Positions 15,481-29,169 of a DNA stretch of 64,000 nucleotides are shown here, piece after piece. Numbering within the stretch: the stretch's first letter is position 1; each line of letters begins with the position of its first letter. Both the position numbers and the translations under genes were made by a program. The stretch lies in the NCBI GenBank assembly GCA_012295275.1, contig CM022670.1, positions 2,170,001-2,234,000 of the forward strand, given 5' to 3'. The notes beneath the pieces are model-generated. The model was given only the letters and a program-made list of their open reading frames with translations. It ran no database searches and was not told the DNA's origin. This stretch comes from Chrysomallon squamiferum (Eukaryota > Animalia > Mollusca).

Positions 15481-15530
15481 TGGAGTTCTGGCAGAAGTGA
15501 AGTTGCTTACTGGAAGAGAGTGCTGGTCAA
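15481..15530 (+). other. Putative 50-nt 5'UTR exon of egh paralog 1, followed by a 94-nt intron (15531-15624)
   Basis: Acceptor ttgttttgcAG ends at 15480, donor CAA|GTGAGT is at 15531, and a polypyrimidine tract with TAG ends at 15624. Confidence 0.5.
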
Positions 15531-15647
15531 GTGAGTGGAGCCTGCCTGAACTGCTTGGACACTGGTCACTCTCAGTGTCGTCATTGGTGACCAGACATTT
15601 CCTCTCCCTTCCTGTCTTTCCTAGTGATCAGGAGGAATTTCTACATC

Positions 15648-17018
15648 ATGTCTAACGTCTACCGCAACATACAGCATGTGCTGTGTGTGAGTCTGTTATT
15701 CAGCACCATCTACGGCTACTACTTCATCCTGAACGGAAATGAAGGAGAACAAATGGACCCGTTTGAAAAATACGGATACATAGTAACATGGATTCTTTAC
15801 GCACCTCGGATATTTCTCTACTTCCCTATTATGTTTGCTGTTTTCAACTTCCTTGGCATCGTATGCTTTCACACGTTCCCTCCAAAACCCACCCTGCAGA
15901 GGTCGCCGCTCCTGGGACCTTTTTTCTGTTTTCGCGTTGTCACTCGCGGACTCTTCCCCGACTTCGTCAAGGAGAATCTTGAACGAAATCTTCAAGTGTG
16001 CAGCAACGTGGGCCTGCAGAACTTCATGTTTGAAGTGGTCACTGACATTCCAGTGTGTCTGACGAAGAACTCGCGCACGAGGGAGCTTGTCGTCCCCCAC
16101 GACTACACCACCAGCCAGGGGACGCTGTTCAAGGCGCGAGCGCTGCAGTACAGCCTGGAGCCTGGCATCGACATCCTCAGCGATGATGACTGGATCATTC
16201 ACCTGGACGAGGAAACCATTCTGACGGAAGACTCAGTGGTCGGAATCATTAACTTTGTGTCGGAAGGCAAACACCACTTCGGCCAAGGAGTGATCACCTA
16301 CACCAAAGATAAGATAGTCAACTGGGTGACCACTCTAGCTGACAGTGTCAGGGTGGGCATTGACCACGGGTCTCTGCGCTTCTGTCTCAAAGCTCTTCAC
16401 AAGCCTATTTTCAGCTGGAAGGGATCGTTCATTGTTGCCAATGCGGCAGCTGAAAGGCACGTCTCGTTTGACCATGGCCCCGACTCCTCAATCGCAGAAG
16501 ACTGCTTCTTCGCCATGACAGCTTTCAAGGAAGGCTACAGTTTTGGCTTTGTCGAGGGAGAGATGTGGGAGAGGAGCACGTTCACCATGATGGATTACAT
16601 CAGGCAGCGACGCAGGTGGATCCAGGGCATATATTACACCGCTAGGAGCCCAAAGATTCCTTTCAAGTACAAGTTTGGTGTTGTGCTGATGTCTGCATCA
16701 GGGCTCACCTTACCGTTCACAACTCTGGGCTTTTTCTTGGGATTCTTGTGGCCCTTGCCTGCTTGGCGGGGAATCCACTTAGTTCTGTGTTCCATTCTAG
16801 CAACCTTTGTGTTCCTTTTCATGTTCGGGACAATGAAATCTTTCAGCCTGCGAAGGACTGGCTTTTTAAAGTGCACCTTGCTTGTGATAGCCTCTCTATT
16901 ATGTGCGGTCGTTGGTAGTGTGCTGGAAAACATTGCCTCAGTGATGGCCTGGCTCCCTCAGAAACAAGTGCAGTTTCAAATTGTGAGAAAAGACGTGCGT
17001 CTACAAACTATCGTATAA
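15648..17018 (+). CDS. egh: Beta-1,4-mannosyltransferase egghead/BRE-3-like (GT2 family), paralog 1; CDS in one exon, 456 aa
   Basis: Uninterrupted GC-rich ORF with first ATG at 15648 (the track start at 15624 is a GTG overlapping a splice acceptor). It has the Egh motifs CFRVVTRG, EVVTD, LFKARALQY, WIIHLDEET, FSWKGSF, SIAED and QRRRW (GT2 D,D,D,QxxRW), two N-terminal and several C-terminal hydrophobic segments, and the tail KDVRLQTIV. Confidence 0.93.
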   Translation: MSNVYRNIQHVLCVSLLFSTIYGYYFILNGNEGEQMDPFEKYGYIVTWILYAPRIFLYFPIMFAVFNFLGIVCFHTFPPKPTLQRSPLLGPFFCFRVVTRGLFPDFVKENLERNLQVCSNVGLQNFMFEVVTDIPVCLTKNSRTRELVVPHDYTTSQGTLFKARALQYSLEPGIDILSDDDWIIHLDEETILTEDSVVGIINFVSEGKHHFGQGVITYTKDKIVNWVTTLADSVRVGIDHGSLRFCLKALHKPIFSWKGSFIVANAAAERHVSFDHGPDSSIAEDCFFAMTAFKEGYSFGFVEGEMWERSTFTMMDYIRQRRRWIQGIYYTARSPKIPFKYKFGVVLMSASGLTLPFTTLGFFLGFLWPLPAWRGIHLVLCSILATFVFLFMFGTMKSFSLRRTGFLKCTLLVIASLLCAVVGSVLENIASVMAWLPQKQVQFQIVRKDVRLQTIV

Positions 17019-19564
17019 TATAATATCTAAATTGCTTTTATATAGCTTTTTTAACAAATTGCTTTTGTACGTTGTGAGCCTTTTACTTTTTATCCTATCA
17101 TTGTTTTGTTTGGTTTTTAAATTTAAAAATTTATTCTTCTTTTTAATTAATATTGTTTCTAAATTAATAGTTCATGAAGTATTTAATTTAAAATGAAATA
17201 CATTAACACTTTTTTTAAAATAAATATTTCATTTTAAATTAAAAACTTTTTTTTTAAATATTGAAATTTTAGAATTTATAAAAAAGAAGTCTGCAAACCT
17301 TAACAATCTTCCTTCATCAGTATATAAAAAATTTCTTATTTTTAATTAAAATCTAGATTTGCTTTTTTTGTCTTACAACAGTGACAGGAGGCCAAATTAT
17401 TCTGAGGTTTCCTTTTTTAGTATCACACTGGAATTATCTTCTTTAAAAAAAAAAAATATATAATATTCAAAATGCAGTATTATGACATCATAGTTATGTT
17501 AATGTCTGTATCACCTGGACTTATTTAGTATGTAATGTTGTTGGATATATTCTACATACATTCATCTGAAACATAATTCTGTTGTTTTAGTGTGTTAAAA
17601 CTCATCAAACACTAACAAAATGATTTCAAAAAAAATATCCTGTCAGTCAAATATATTTTTAAATTACACCATTCCAGAAACGATCCAAACATCTGTTCAC
17701 CAACCTGTCAGCTTGATTTTAGTTTTTGAATATTGTAAAAAATAAAATATATAACCTTTTTTTTTTTTTTAAATATTATCCGGTCAATTCAAGTTTTGAA
17801 ATTCCAGTATTAAAATCATTCTTTCAAAAGAGCCTGTTACAAATATCTCTTGACAAAATTAAACTGACGTCTAAGGTTTACCTAATTATCTTATTTCAAC
17901 CTGAATTTTCAAACACATATAAATTTAATTCAGAAATATTCCTCAGTTGACTTTGAATTTTCCTAAATTATCAAGTTCAGTTGTTGATATAATTCATATC
18001 CAGAATTAACTGCTAATTATTATTGTAATTTGAATCGAATTCATAAATATCCTTTCACATCAGAATTAATAATTAACTGTTTTGGGTTGGTTTTTCATAC
18101 TGATATATGAAATGGAGCTTTAAAATGGACCCAACCAACTTTGTCATATATTTTCATAACTTTTTCTGTGTTTAAAATTTTCATTATAACTTGAAGTGTG
18201 AATTAATTAATTTATTTTTTGGTTGATGCTTGTATTGTAGAAGAAATGTTTTTCATTTCTTTTCTTTTTTGGGGGGATTTTTTTTTTCTTCGTAGTGCTT
18301 TTATACTAATTTAAAAAGATGAAAACCAAACATCTGAACTTGCAGGTTTATACTTAATGCTAATTTAACATTGTTTTTGAAGTTTTATATATATATATAT
18401 ATATATATATTTAAGGATATAAAATTTAAATTTCCACTTCCAGAAGATATTTGTCTTTGGGAAAGCAAAAAATTATTTTAAAATTATAATTATTTTTTAA
18501 TGCAGAGCTGATGATTGGGTGTTCATATTTCTTTATTCTTTGTTTTTAAATTCCTCCATTTTAGAACAGTGTTATGCAGAAAAGCTTCATCAACACAGAG
18601 ACTGTTTAGAAGCATTTTAATTATATTTATACTGAAAAATAATAAGGCCTTGCTCAAGATTGAACATATTGTGGAAAACATTAGATGCTGAGAAGGCATT
18701 GTTATGTTACATTTTGAATTTAATTAAAAGTGATATAACTGAGAAAAAAAATTGTGATGTAACATTATTAGAAATATTTTTACATAAAATAAAACAAAAA
18801 CAGAACTGATTAAAATAAATCTAATAATGTTACAGAAATCAAAAAAAAAAAAAAAAAAAATGTTAAAAATTAATCTGTTTAGTTCATGTATGCTGTTAAT
18901 CCTTTAGTCAAACTTGTTCACCTAAGATTTTGTTTATTTGTATTAGCATTTCAGTTTGTCATTTTTCTCTCTCGCATTTCCTTAGACAGATTTATTTATT
19001 TTACACTGCTATCTGAAACTTACAACCCATTGATGTTGCTGTACTGAAACGGAGGGCTGTTAACGTTTAATGTACTGAGAAGTTGTTAACCACAATATTT
19101 ACTGTTTTTATTATATCTATTATAAGTAAAGTATTTATTTTTAATACAGCCATTTTTCAATTACATTCATTAGCAAAAATATTTTAATTATATGTATATA
19201 TCTGTGGAATTCATTATTCATATTTGAATAACTTTCCTTAGAATTTATTTTATTTTATTTTTTTTTTAATCTCTTTAAAATTATAGCTTTGGTATTTACT
19301 ATATTCAAATTATTTTTACTTTAAAATTCTTTTGATATATCTCTGTGCATGTATATATGATAATTTTTGTGTCTTATAGCCATGTTCAAACTGCTTTAAC
19401 CCCAACAAAACAATAATTTTATTTTTAATAAAGTTTTAAAATTATATTTATATCTCTGCATAACTAGCCTATTTATCTCATTTCAGTTTTATTATTATTA
19501 AAGCAATGGCTGCAACAGAAAAATCTTTCTGTACATATCATCTATGTAAAGCACGGGTATTTGA

Positions 19565-19633
19565 TTAACCCTTTCAACTGTAACAGCTCATTAATCACTG
19601 ATCTCAGTTTTTCAGGTATTTTTCAAGGGTTAA
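19565..19633. mobile_element. Tiny piggyBac-like relic with TTAA target site duplication
   Basis: TTAA-CCCTT...AAGGG-TTAA enclosing 61 bp. The inverted ends are very short. Confidence 0.35.
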
Positions 19634-19634
19634 A

Positions 19635-19684
<50 letters not shown>

Positions 19685-20127
19685 GATTACTAACTGGCTA
19701 GCATAACTAGTGCTATTAATAAATAATTCAGTTAAAATTGTGTTAATTTTTAAGATACAAGAGTTAGAAATTTATTGTTGTTTTTGCAAGCAAGTATTGC
19801 TGATTATATATTTTATTATATTCTTTATATTATATATATATATATATAATAATATTTTAACAGTTTGTTTACATATATAATATTTGTTTTAGATCTTTTG
19901 AACAAAGTATTCATTTAAGAAAAGAAAACACTGGATGTAATTATGAGAAGAATACTTGCCTGTTATTCAACATCAAATTGTTTCTGAACGTTTCCAACTG
20001 TTAAGTTTTAGAAAATAATATTAATAACATGATTAATTTTAATAGTTAAATATTTTAATTATTTGATACGACACATTAGGTGTAAACTTTTACATTTGTT
20101 TATTATTATTATTATAATCATTATTAT

Positions 20128-20280
20128 TTTAATGTTAAAGATAACATTCAAGTTAATTTTAATATGGAAACATATTGAAAATCACTGTTTTAATATAAAC
20201 AGCAATAATAATAACAATCAGGATATTTAAATTTAAATGTTCTTATTACTGGATGCCATTCTTTACCTGTAAACTTTATT
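20128..20280 (+). repeat. Dispersed AT-rich repeat, second copy at 41540-41680
   Basis: TTAATGTTAAAGATAACATTCAAG..TTTAATATGG..CAGGATA..TTACTG..TTCTTTAC..TAAACTTTAT aligns colinearly with 41540-41680. Confidence 0.6.
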
Positions 20281-23200
20281 ATATAATTAATTTTTGAAAT
20301 AATAATAACAAAATTAATGTTGTTGTTTGACACTATTCTTTAACTATAAACTTTATTACACATTTTTTTTGATGTTGAATAATAATAATTAGGTAAATTC
20401 TAATGCTGATATATTCTTTCAGTTTCTGCTGTGCAAATTAATTTGTGGTTTAAATCTCTTTATTTCCTGTTTGTTAACACTATTAATTTTAGTTCTAATC
20501 ATTTGTACCGTTATATAACTCATTGATGTTCTTTGTTGGAATGGAGGGTTGTATCATATACAAATATATATATTACCTTTTAATATTAGCACATCATTTT
20601 GTTTTTATTCCCCTTTGTGTTGTCATTTTGAAATTTTTATTTTTATAACTGTATGTATTTATTTAAAAACTATGTTAAATCCATCCACTGGCAAACCATG
20701 ATATAATCAAGGGTACAACAGTATTTAAAATGTATCTCATATTGTATCATAGATGTTTTGTGACCTACTGTTTCAGGGCCTACTTATTAGTTTCAGATTA
20801 TCTGTTGTTTTCACTGGTGCAGTGTTATGAGAACAAGAGAAAGTGACTCAATAACTTCTTTTTTTTCTTTTTTTCTTCAATACTGAAAATTCAGTATGCA
20901 TTCTCTTGATGTGAAATATGCCATGTAAGATACCAGACAGTTTGTTTTTTGAATCATACCAGGTCCATCAAGACAGTGCACTGGGTGGATAATTGTACTG
21001 TTAGTTGCCAGCCTGACACCTTTTCTTATGCACTGTCTGAGTAGCACTTCCACGGTTTCAGTTCCCTTGTTTCTGTGTAGTGAACTTCCTTAGAATTCTT
21101 TTTCTTCAGTTCTCAAACAGACTTCCAACATTCTTTCTCTTGAAAGTAGCACCCAAAGTTTCACTTTATAGTAAGAGTTTCAACATTTCAGTGTAACTAT
21201 TTCAATACATGTTCTTTCACTTTACAGTAAGAGTTTCAACATATGAATGTTCTTTCAGTTGAAAGTAACAAATTAAACCTTTGCTTTTTCTCTTTACAGT
21301 AACGACATCAACTAGAATTTTCTCATTTCTTTGTAACACTTTTCATGCCCTCACTGGACTGTAACAAAGTCAACATTAATTCACTCAATAAAATGTTTAA
21401 AAGCTTTTTCTCACTTTTAATAACACCAACACTTTCTGCTTGACTTCTGAGATTTTTAAAGATTTCATTAAGCACCGCGACACTCCAGTTTGTTACACTG
21501 CCTTGATTTTCTGTCTTTCATCTTCTTTACATCACACAAGAGATTAACTATTTTATTTATTATAACACAATTTAAACATTGAATAAAAACTCCTTTAAAC
21601 ATTTTGATACTGAAAGAAATTGTTTCCATCCTCCATTTTTTTTTTTTTTTTTTGGCATTTTAATTATTTATATTTAACTGTGAAAATTTTAAATCTAAAA
21701 TATGATTTGTTTGTGATTTTTGCTGATTTTCTTTCACTCCTGACTTTGGAAGTTTTTTCTCTCTCTAATAAAAGAATTAACAGTAGCAAGACGTACCCAT
21801 GTATGAATGGAAGACCCAGGGTGGAATAGTTTTAATACATTTGTAGAATAGCAACAAGAAAACTGGTCACAAATATGAGAAACTGTACCAAAAAAAATCA
21901 AGAGCTGAACTGTTCTTGAGTAGTTTTGTTTTAGTTAATAACTGAGATAATTTTTAAAAATACATTAATTACATTCTAAAGACTCAAAAAAACACAAAAA
22001 AACCCCCCATAAAACAACGAACCAAAAATTATTTCATACATGAAAATAATGAAAAAAAAAATACCCTTAAACTCTCTCTCTCACACACACACACACGTTA
22101 TTAATAATAAATAAAAACAATAGTTTATCCCAATTTATTGATTAGTTTCAGACAGTCTGTACACAGCAGACAAACGCTGTTTTCTAGAACCCAGTCCCTG
22201 CTGATGCATTACACTCTGAAAATGGCTAACCTGAGTTAGCAGGGGAGTAATACTGATGACAATCACACCAGGAGTTTCAGAATTAGAATAATTCCACGAA
22301 TCATTTCATTTAATGAATTGTAAAAATGTTTAAAACGCAAATGTCACTTTGATGCTGTGTTATTTGAATGGGTCTTAGACTGAGACTGTTGTAAGTCGTG
22401 CAAAAAGTCGTAATGTGAAACAGCCATTTGTTTGAGCATAAGTGTGTATTTGCTATTTATTTAAGATTAGAATTAAATTGTACTTTTTTCTTCTTTTTTT
22501 CTATTTATTGTTATTGTCATTGTTTTTGATTATTACTACTAGTACTACTACTACTATTACTATTATTAATTTTTTTATTTACTTATTACTATTATTATTA
22601 ATTTTTGAAATTTAATTAATTAATTTATTTATTTATTTATTATTATTTTAAATATTCATTTCCAATAAGATCAACACTATTTCATCTTTTTTTTTTTTTT
22701 TAATTTGTTTTTACAGTTTTGTTTTTTATAATTGCCAACAGCTGTGAAGGTCTTTGTATAGCAGGAAAGTAGTCATTACATACAACATGGATACATGAAA
22801 TTAATTTACTAAAAGCTTGGTATTTACATACCACTCTACTTGTAAATGTCAAACTTAATGATAAAATGTCCCTAGCTGGAAAATCTTTTTTTTATTAATT
22901 ATTATTTATTTAATCATTTTCTTATTTATTTATTTATTAACTTATTATTTTATATTATTTTATTCATTAATTTTTTCATTATTATTTATTTCCCTGCATT
23001 TAGTAATAAACTATCAGACCAATTTTCTTTGACTAGATATTTTCTTGATTCTCTTCTCATGAATGACAGATACATCAGTCATAATTACTGGATTTGGAAA
23101 TTTGATAATATCTGTGACCAGTTTTCTTTATCTAGTTATGTTTCTAGTTCTATTTCATTAATCACATACATAAATTAACCATCATAAACCTAGCACCCCC

Positions 23201-23910
23201 AGCCTTCGTATAATTTTTCTGATTCTTGTTTCATGAATGATATATACTCCGAGTATATTGATAATTATCACTGTTACCATCATTTCTCTTTTAAGTTTTT
23301 TTTTTTTTTATTAAACCATTAGTTTGAAAGAATTGTTCAGAGCATTTTTACATAGATATTGTGTTACTTCGAAAACAACCCAATGAAGCCCTGTTTGTTT
23401 TAGGTGGAAGGTTGTTTCAGATATCTTCAGAATGATTGTCTCTGCAAGTGAATGCACTTGAAATCCTAACTAAATAAAGGCAAAACATTTTTATTTTTGA
23501 TTTTGAGTTTTTGGTATAGCCTGCTGTTTAACTTGAAGACTTGCTGGCAAGTTGTATACATCTGCTTGTTGTCATTACCACTGATATTTGTTGACTGCAC
23601 AAATTTTTAAAAGTTTTAATATCGATTTTTGTATTTAATATATTTGTTATTATTATTATTATTATTCTTTTTTTATTATTCTTTTTTTTCCCCTGGGAGC
23701 TTAGACAAGTTAGTGTTCAAAATATAAGGATATCAAATATTTAATAACAAGAAACTAATTCTTATTTTCAGTAAATTCAGAATCTGTCTTTCTCACTGAT
23801 ATTTTCCACTCTGTTTAATACACCTGTCTTTTCTTGTTTCCAAACAACCTATTTTCTCCAACCTTCACCATCCTCAGACACTTTGAAAATTCCATTCTTC
23901 TACTGTGCCA

Positions 23911-24151
<241 letters not shown>

Positions 24152-25945
24152 CAGTCCCATCCTCTTCATCCTTTCCTTCCCATCCCCTTTTTATTCATTC
24201 TCCTCTTCTGTCTCTCTATCTCACTGCTGACTTGTCAACAAGGAGCCATCACTTCTGGTATTGATTGTAAAGCATGATTTTATTTTATTCCTTTCACTTG
24301 TTGCTGCTTTTGTGTTAACTTTGGCTTTGAATTTATTGATCAAGGTGAATATCCTATAACTAGATCAATAATGATGTTCAATCTTTTTTTTTTTTTTTTT
24401 CCCCTGTATGGCTGCTGATGATACTGAAGACCATGATCATTTACTTGTGACAAAACTTTGTCTCATAACCAAAAACAAATGTAATGTTTTGGTTTGATTT
24501 TAACAAAAATTTTATATCAACACCTCATAATTATACAAAAAAATGATAATATTATAAAAAGCACTCAAAAATACATACATTAACATCCTAACATTTAATT
24601 AATATGACACCTGTGACCAACTTGTATGGCAGTCAGGATCAGAAATCTAAGATATTTGAAATAAATTATAATAGAATTTTGAATTTTCGGTAACCTGTTT
24701 TCAGGAAAATGATCATGGCCTTTATACTGAGTTTTTTTTAATTAAAATATTTCGCTTCCTGTTATTAACAAAGGCAATTATATATACAAACAACAGCATA
24801 ATGTCTTACTATAGGCAGCTATTTTCATATACAAACTTTAATATTTAGCTTTTACTTCCAGCAGTATCTCTTTTTACTGTTGTTAAATTTATATATTTAT
24901 TTTACCTTGGCTATAAAGATACAGAACAAATAAGACTTTTTTAAAGCTTTTTTTTTTTTTTTTAAGTTTTGATATTCAAGCTTATTATGTATACCATTTT
25001 AATTAACACATGTTGGCACAGAAATCATGTAAAAAGTTTAAAATTATTTATTATGATACAGTTCCATTCATTTTTCATTTTGTTTTAACAATTACATTTG
25101 GAATTCTTTTTCATGTTCAGCCTTGATTCTTGCAAGAATTTGTGTAATTTATTTATTTATTTATTTATTCTGTTTTCTTCTCATTAGCAATTTATGGTGA
25201 CTGAAAATTTCCACTTTTTGTTTTTATGAAACACTTCATTTAAATTTAAAGCTGTATTTTTTCTTGCTGTTGTTTACCTTCAATATACAAACATACATAG
25301 TACATATATATATGTATGTATGAATAATAAATGTATGCATGTTGCAGCTAAAAGATTGCAGGAAATTGTTCTGGTTAAATTATAATATAATTATATAAAA
25401 AAAAATATATATCATCAGAAAGAAAACACAAAATATCAATGACAATCCAAGAAGACTTAAGAAAACAAGAAATCAGTGGCTATCACGTGACTAAGTATCA
25501 GCTCAGAAAGAACCAGCTGACAAAGTAAAAAAACTGACAGAACCAAGAAGCCTGGAGGCAGAATCACAACATGACTGGCTGCATCCACATTTTGAACCAG
25601 CAGCCCCTGGCTCCTGAGGCAATTTAATTTTGAGGGCAGTGTGACAAATGTGTCACTTTGTTGTATCATTGTTTTCATCCAGAAAACATCATTTTTTTTA
25701 TTAAAACTGGAATCTTATCCAAATGTTAAACTAGGAGAATAAAAAGGTTTTTTTTTTTTTTTTTTTTAAATGGCTGGTTCATTTTGTTCAAATATTTCTT
25801 CTTCTTTTTCTTTGTTAGTATTGATATTTTAGTCCTGAAGTACATATACATATATATGTATTATTTATTTTGTATTGTGTCCTATTCCAAATTATTACTG
25901 AAGTTAATAAAATAATCCTGAAAATGTATCAATGTCCATAAAATA

Positions 25946-25987
<42 letters not shown>

Positions 25988-27908
25988 TTTTTTTTTTTTT
26001 TTTAAATATTTGAATAGTAAGAAATTTCCTGTCCAAACAAAATGAATACAACAGGCCAGAAAATGTAACCTTGTCTGTTTTGTATTCTCTGAGAACAAAA
26101 GTCATTCCAAGAGACATGAGCTATAGCAAATGTACAAGATGTCCAAACATTCTGCAAACACAGGAACAATCTGTCAAGATCTGCATCCACTGTATATAAA
26201 AAAAAAAAAAAAAAAAACAGAAAAGCCGGTTATGTAAGAGGAATATACCAAGAAACATCTTTGTCTGCAAAGCATCATCTTCATACACACCTCAGAAGTA
26301 AAGAAATATGGTTGGTGCTAATGAAATAATGTTAAGATATTGTTAGAAAATCTTCTTCAGGATATCTTTTTTCATGATTATTCCTGTGTTTTGCAGAGTT
26401 GTTGGCCACCTTGCAGTAGTTTCTGTCAGTGACATGTTGACACAGACCCGTATTGCTGTGAATGAGGCATTTCCAATTGTATCACCTCTTTTATAAATTG
26501 ATATTAAAAATAATTTGTCTTTTGTACTCACTGTGTTTTATTTTCTGTTCTAGGTGCACTCAAAGTCAAAAGAAATAATTGTTCCAAACTTATATTTATA
26601 CACTTTAGCATTTATTAATTGTAACAAACTATAAGGTATATTCGTGAAACTAAAAACAGGCTAACATGTATTTTCCATCGGCAAAATGAACCGAACAAAC
26701 AATGTAGATTCTTGGGTAGAATTTATATACACATTCAAAATTTAAATTAGGTGCAAATGTACACTTTTGGGGCAAAAGTAATTGTACCAAATTACAATAC
26801 ATATTCACATTTCAGGAACTATAACATTGTAATACACCAATTAATTATAAAAAAATTCATCGTTTGCTAATAATACAGAATGACAAACTGTTTAGTGCAA
26901 TGAAGATAGGACATTTTTATAAATAATTGGTTATATATTGTTAGTAATAAAGAATATTTCAGATAAGGAAACAAACACCATGTCTTAGAGTTTCTACAGC
27001 CAAACACTGAGACTGTATACATGTGTAACTCTGCACTTCATTCTCACAGTCAAGTATCATCTCATTTTCTCTTAATCAAAACTAAACACAGATATATTAT
27101 TGGTTTCAAGGTCAGATGTAAAAAATAAATTAAACTATTCATTTGGAATTTCTTTATATAAATCAATTTATTATTAATATTAAAATGCTGCTTAAAAAAC
27201 TGATAATTAAAAGCAATCATCTTAGTATTTATTTAAAATGATTGATAATTATAAAAGATAAATTAATATTGGTTTAAGTAAACATATAGATATATCTTCC
27301 TACTCATCTTTCCTTTTTCTTTTCCGCCTGTGTCTCTTTTTCTCTATCGCGAAATAAAATGATTACCACAGCTACTAAAGGGCCATAACTCTTCTTTTTA
27401 TTAGTCATTACGCACTTAATTCCCTTCCTAGCACCAACACAAATGCGATTCTTTTTATTTATTTTCACTCCTATTATTTTATTTATTTTACTTTTTAAAT
27501 TATTATTTATTTTTTATTATTATTATTTATTATTATTATTATTATTTATTATTATTATTATTATTTTTTTTTTTTGAATTCTAAATCTGTGGGGTTTGGG
27601 TGCGTATTCGCGTATTTTCTTCTTTCTTTTCATTATAACATCAAATTGGTATCGTGTAAAGAAAAAAAAAAAAGAATTTAAAATAAGAAAGAAAAAAGAA
27701 AGAAAGAAAGAAAGAAGAAAGAAAAACGGAATACTGTTTTTTTACTGGTTTCATCCTGTCACTAACGTTTTGTATCAACTATCCACATCAAAATTAAATT
27801 CAACCAAGCAGTAAAATCATAAAGGAACACAATAAAAATACAAACATTTTATTACACCTTTAAATAAAACTGAATTTAATTAACACTATTCTTGCTTTCT
27901 TTTTCTGA

Positions 27909-27949
<41 letters not shown>

Positions 27950-28554
27950 TATGAGATTTAATTATATTATCATTTGTCTTTTAATTGAAAATTAATAATA
28001 GTAAATACTATTAAAAATAAAAATCTCAAACAATAAAGTACTGGGCATTGCGTCTGTTGCCAATGGCATCGTCATAGCAAACAAAGATCATTTACGCATT
28101 AGCTAAACACAGAATAAAGGAAACATTCAACTGAATAACATTTCTGAGGTGTGCTTTTCTTCACTTCAGTTACTTTTCGTAACGTCACAGAGCTCTCTAG
28201 TTCAGGGCTCATACATTTCTGTTGCTGATATATTTATCGAGGAGAGGAAAAAGGACTAGTACGTGAATAGGTTTATAATGGATGTCCACTTCGGTTGGTT
28301 TTAACGTCAAGAAATATCCACTTTTAGCCGTAGTAATAAAACTAAGTAAGGCTACTTTGGAAGAAATGCACAAAACGAGTGAAGTAATGAATGGAAGAAT
28401 AAATTAATACAAGTCATTCTCAGAATCAACTACCAGGTGTTCTTTTTCGTGAACAGTCTTTCAGTCTTCTTGAAGTGAAATTATAAAGTCTTTTTTCTTT
28501 TTTTTTCTTTTTTTTTAAATAATGTGTTACAAATTACTTTTTATATTTTTTTTT

Positions 28555-28990
28555 TGATGCATATTTCCCTCAGCTGTATTTGACAGTATCTTACGGATCT
28601 GTCAATATCGTTCAGTTGTTTTTAACAACATCATAACCGATATTATTTCGCAAGTATTCCTTAATTATATTCGATAATGTTCTAATGATTTCTTGCCGAT
28701 CTTATAACAACGAACGAAAATACCCCGCAATCCTATTCAACATATTATTTCGCAAATATTACTCACCTTTATTTAACGCTTTCGATGATTTTACATTACT
28801 GATATTTTGATATCGCAAACATTATTCAGCTGAATTTGACAATATTCTAAGGATTTTCTTAAAGACATTATTTCACAGTGTCATAGGGATTTCTTTACCG
28901 ACTTAATTTCACAAATAACCCTCAGTCGTAACTGACTTAATATCATAGGGATTGTTTTGTTGTTGTTGTTGTAAATATCCCTCATTTGTC
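28555..28990. repeat. Degenerate tandem array (unit about 60 bp) downstream of egh paralog 2
   Basis: ATTTCGCAAATAT/CCCTCAGCTG/TTTGACA/GGATTTCTT..CCGA recur throughout. Confidence 0.55.
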
Positions 28991-29169
28991 TGTACAACGT
29001 CACTGGGTGTTTAAATATTTTCAAAGCTATTATGATTTAAATAATAATAATAATAATAAAACCATGAGTGTGTATCACAGGATGCACGTCGACTGTCTTT
29101 GACAGTGTCATAGAATAATGATGCTTCTTTTTTTCTATTTGTGTCCTAGCAAATTTGACTTGAACTGAA

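Noticed and set aside
15562-15594. Iron-responsive element (contains CAGTGT)
   Set aside because: The five bases flanking CAGTGT do not pair. The hexamer sits in the stem rather than the loop.
15696-16933. Antisense and alternate-frame ORFs inside egh-1 (and 29135-30370 inside egh-2)
   Set aside because: These are shadow ORFs expected in GC-rich coding sequence, with no recognisable motifs.
21050-21530. Possible minus-strand coding segment
   Set aside because: It contains multiple stops and is better explained as a degenerate repeat of about 30 bp (AGTAAGAGTTTCAACA).
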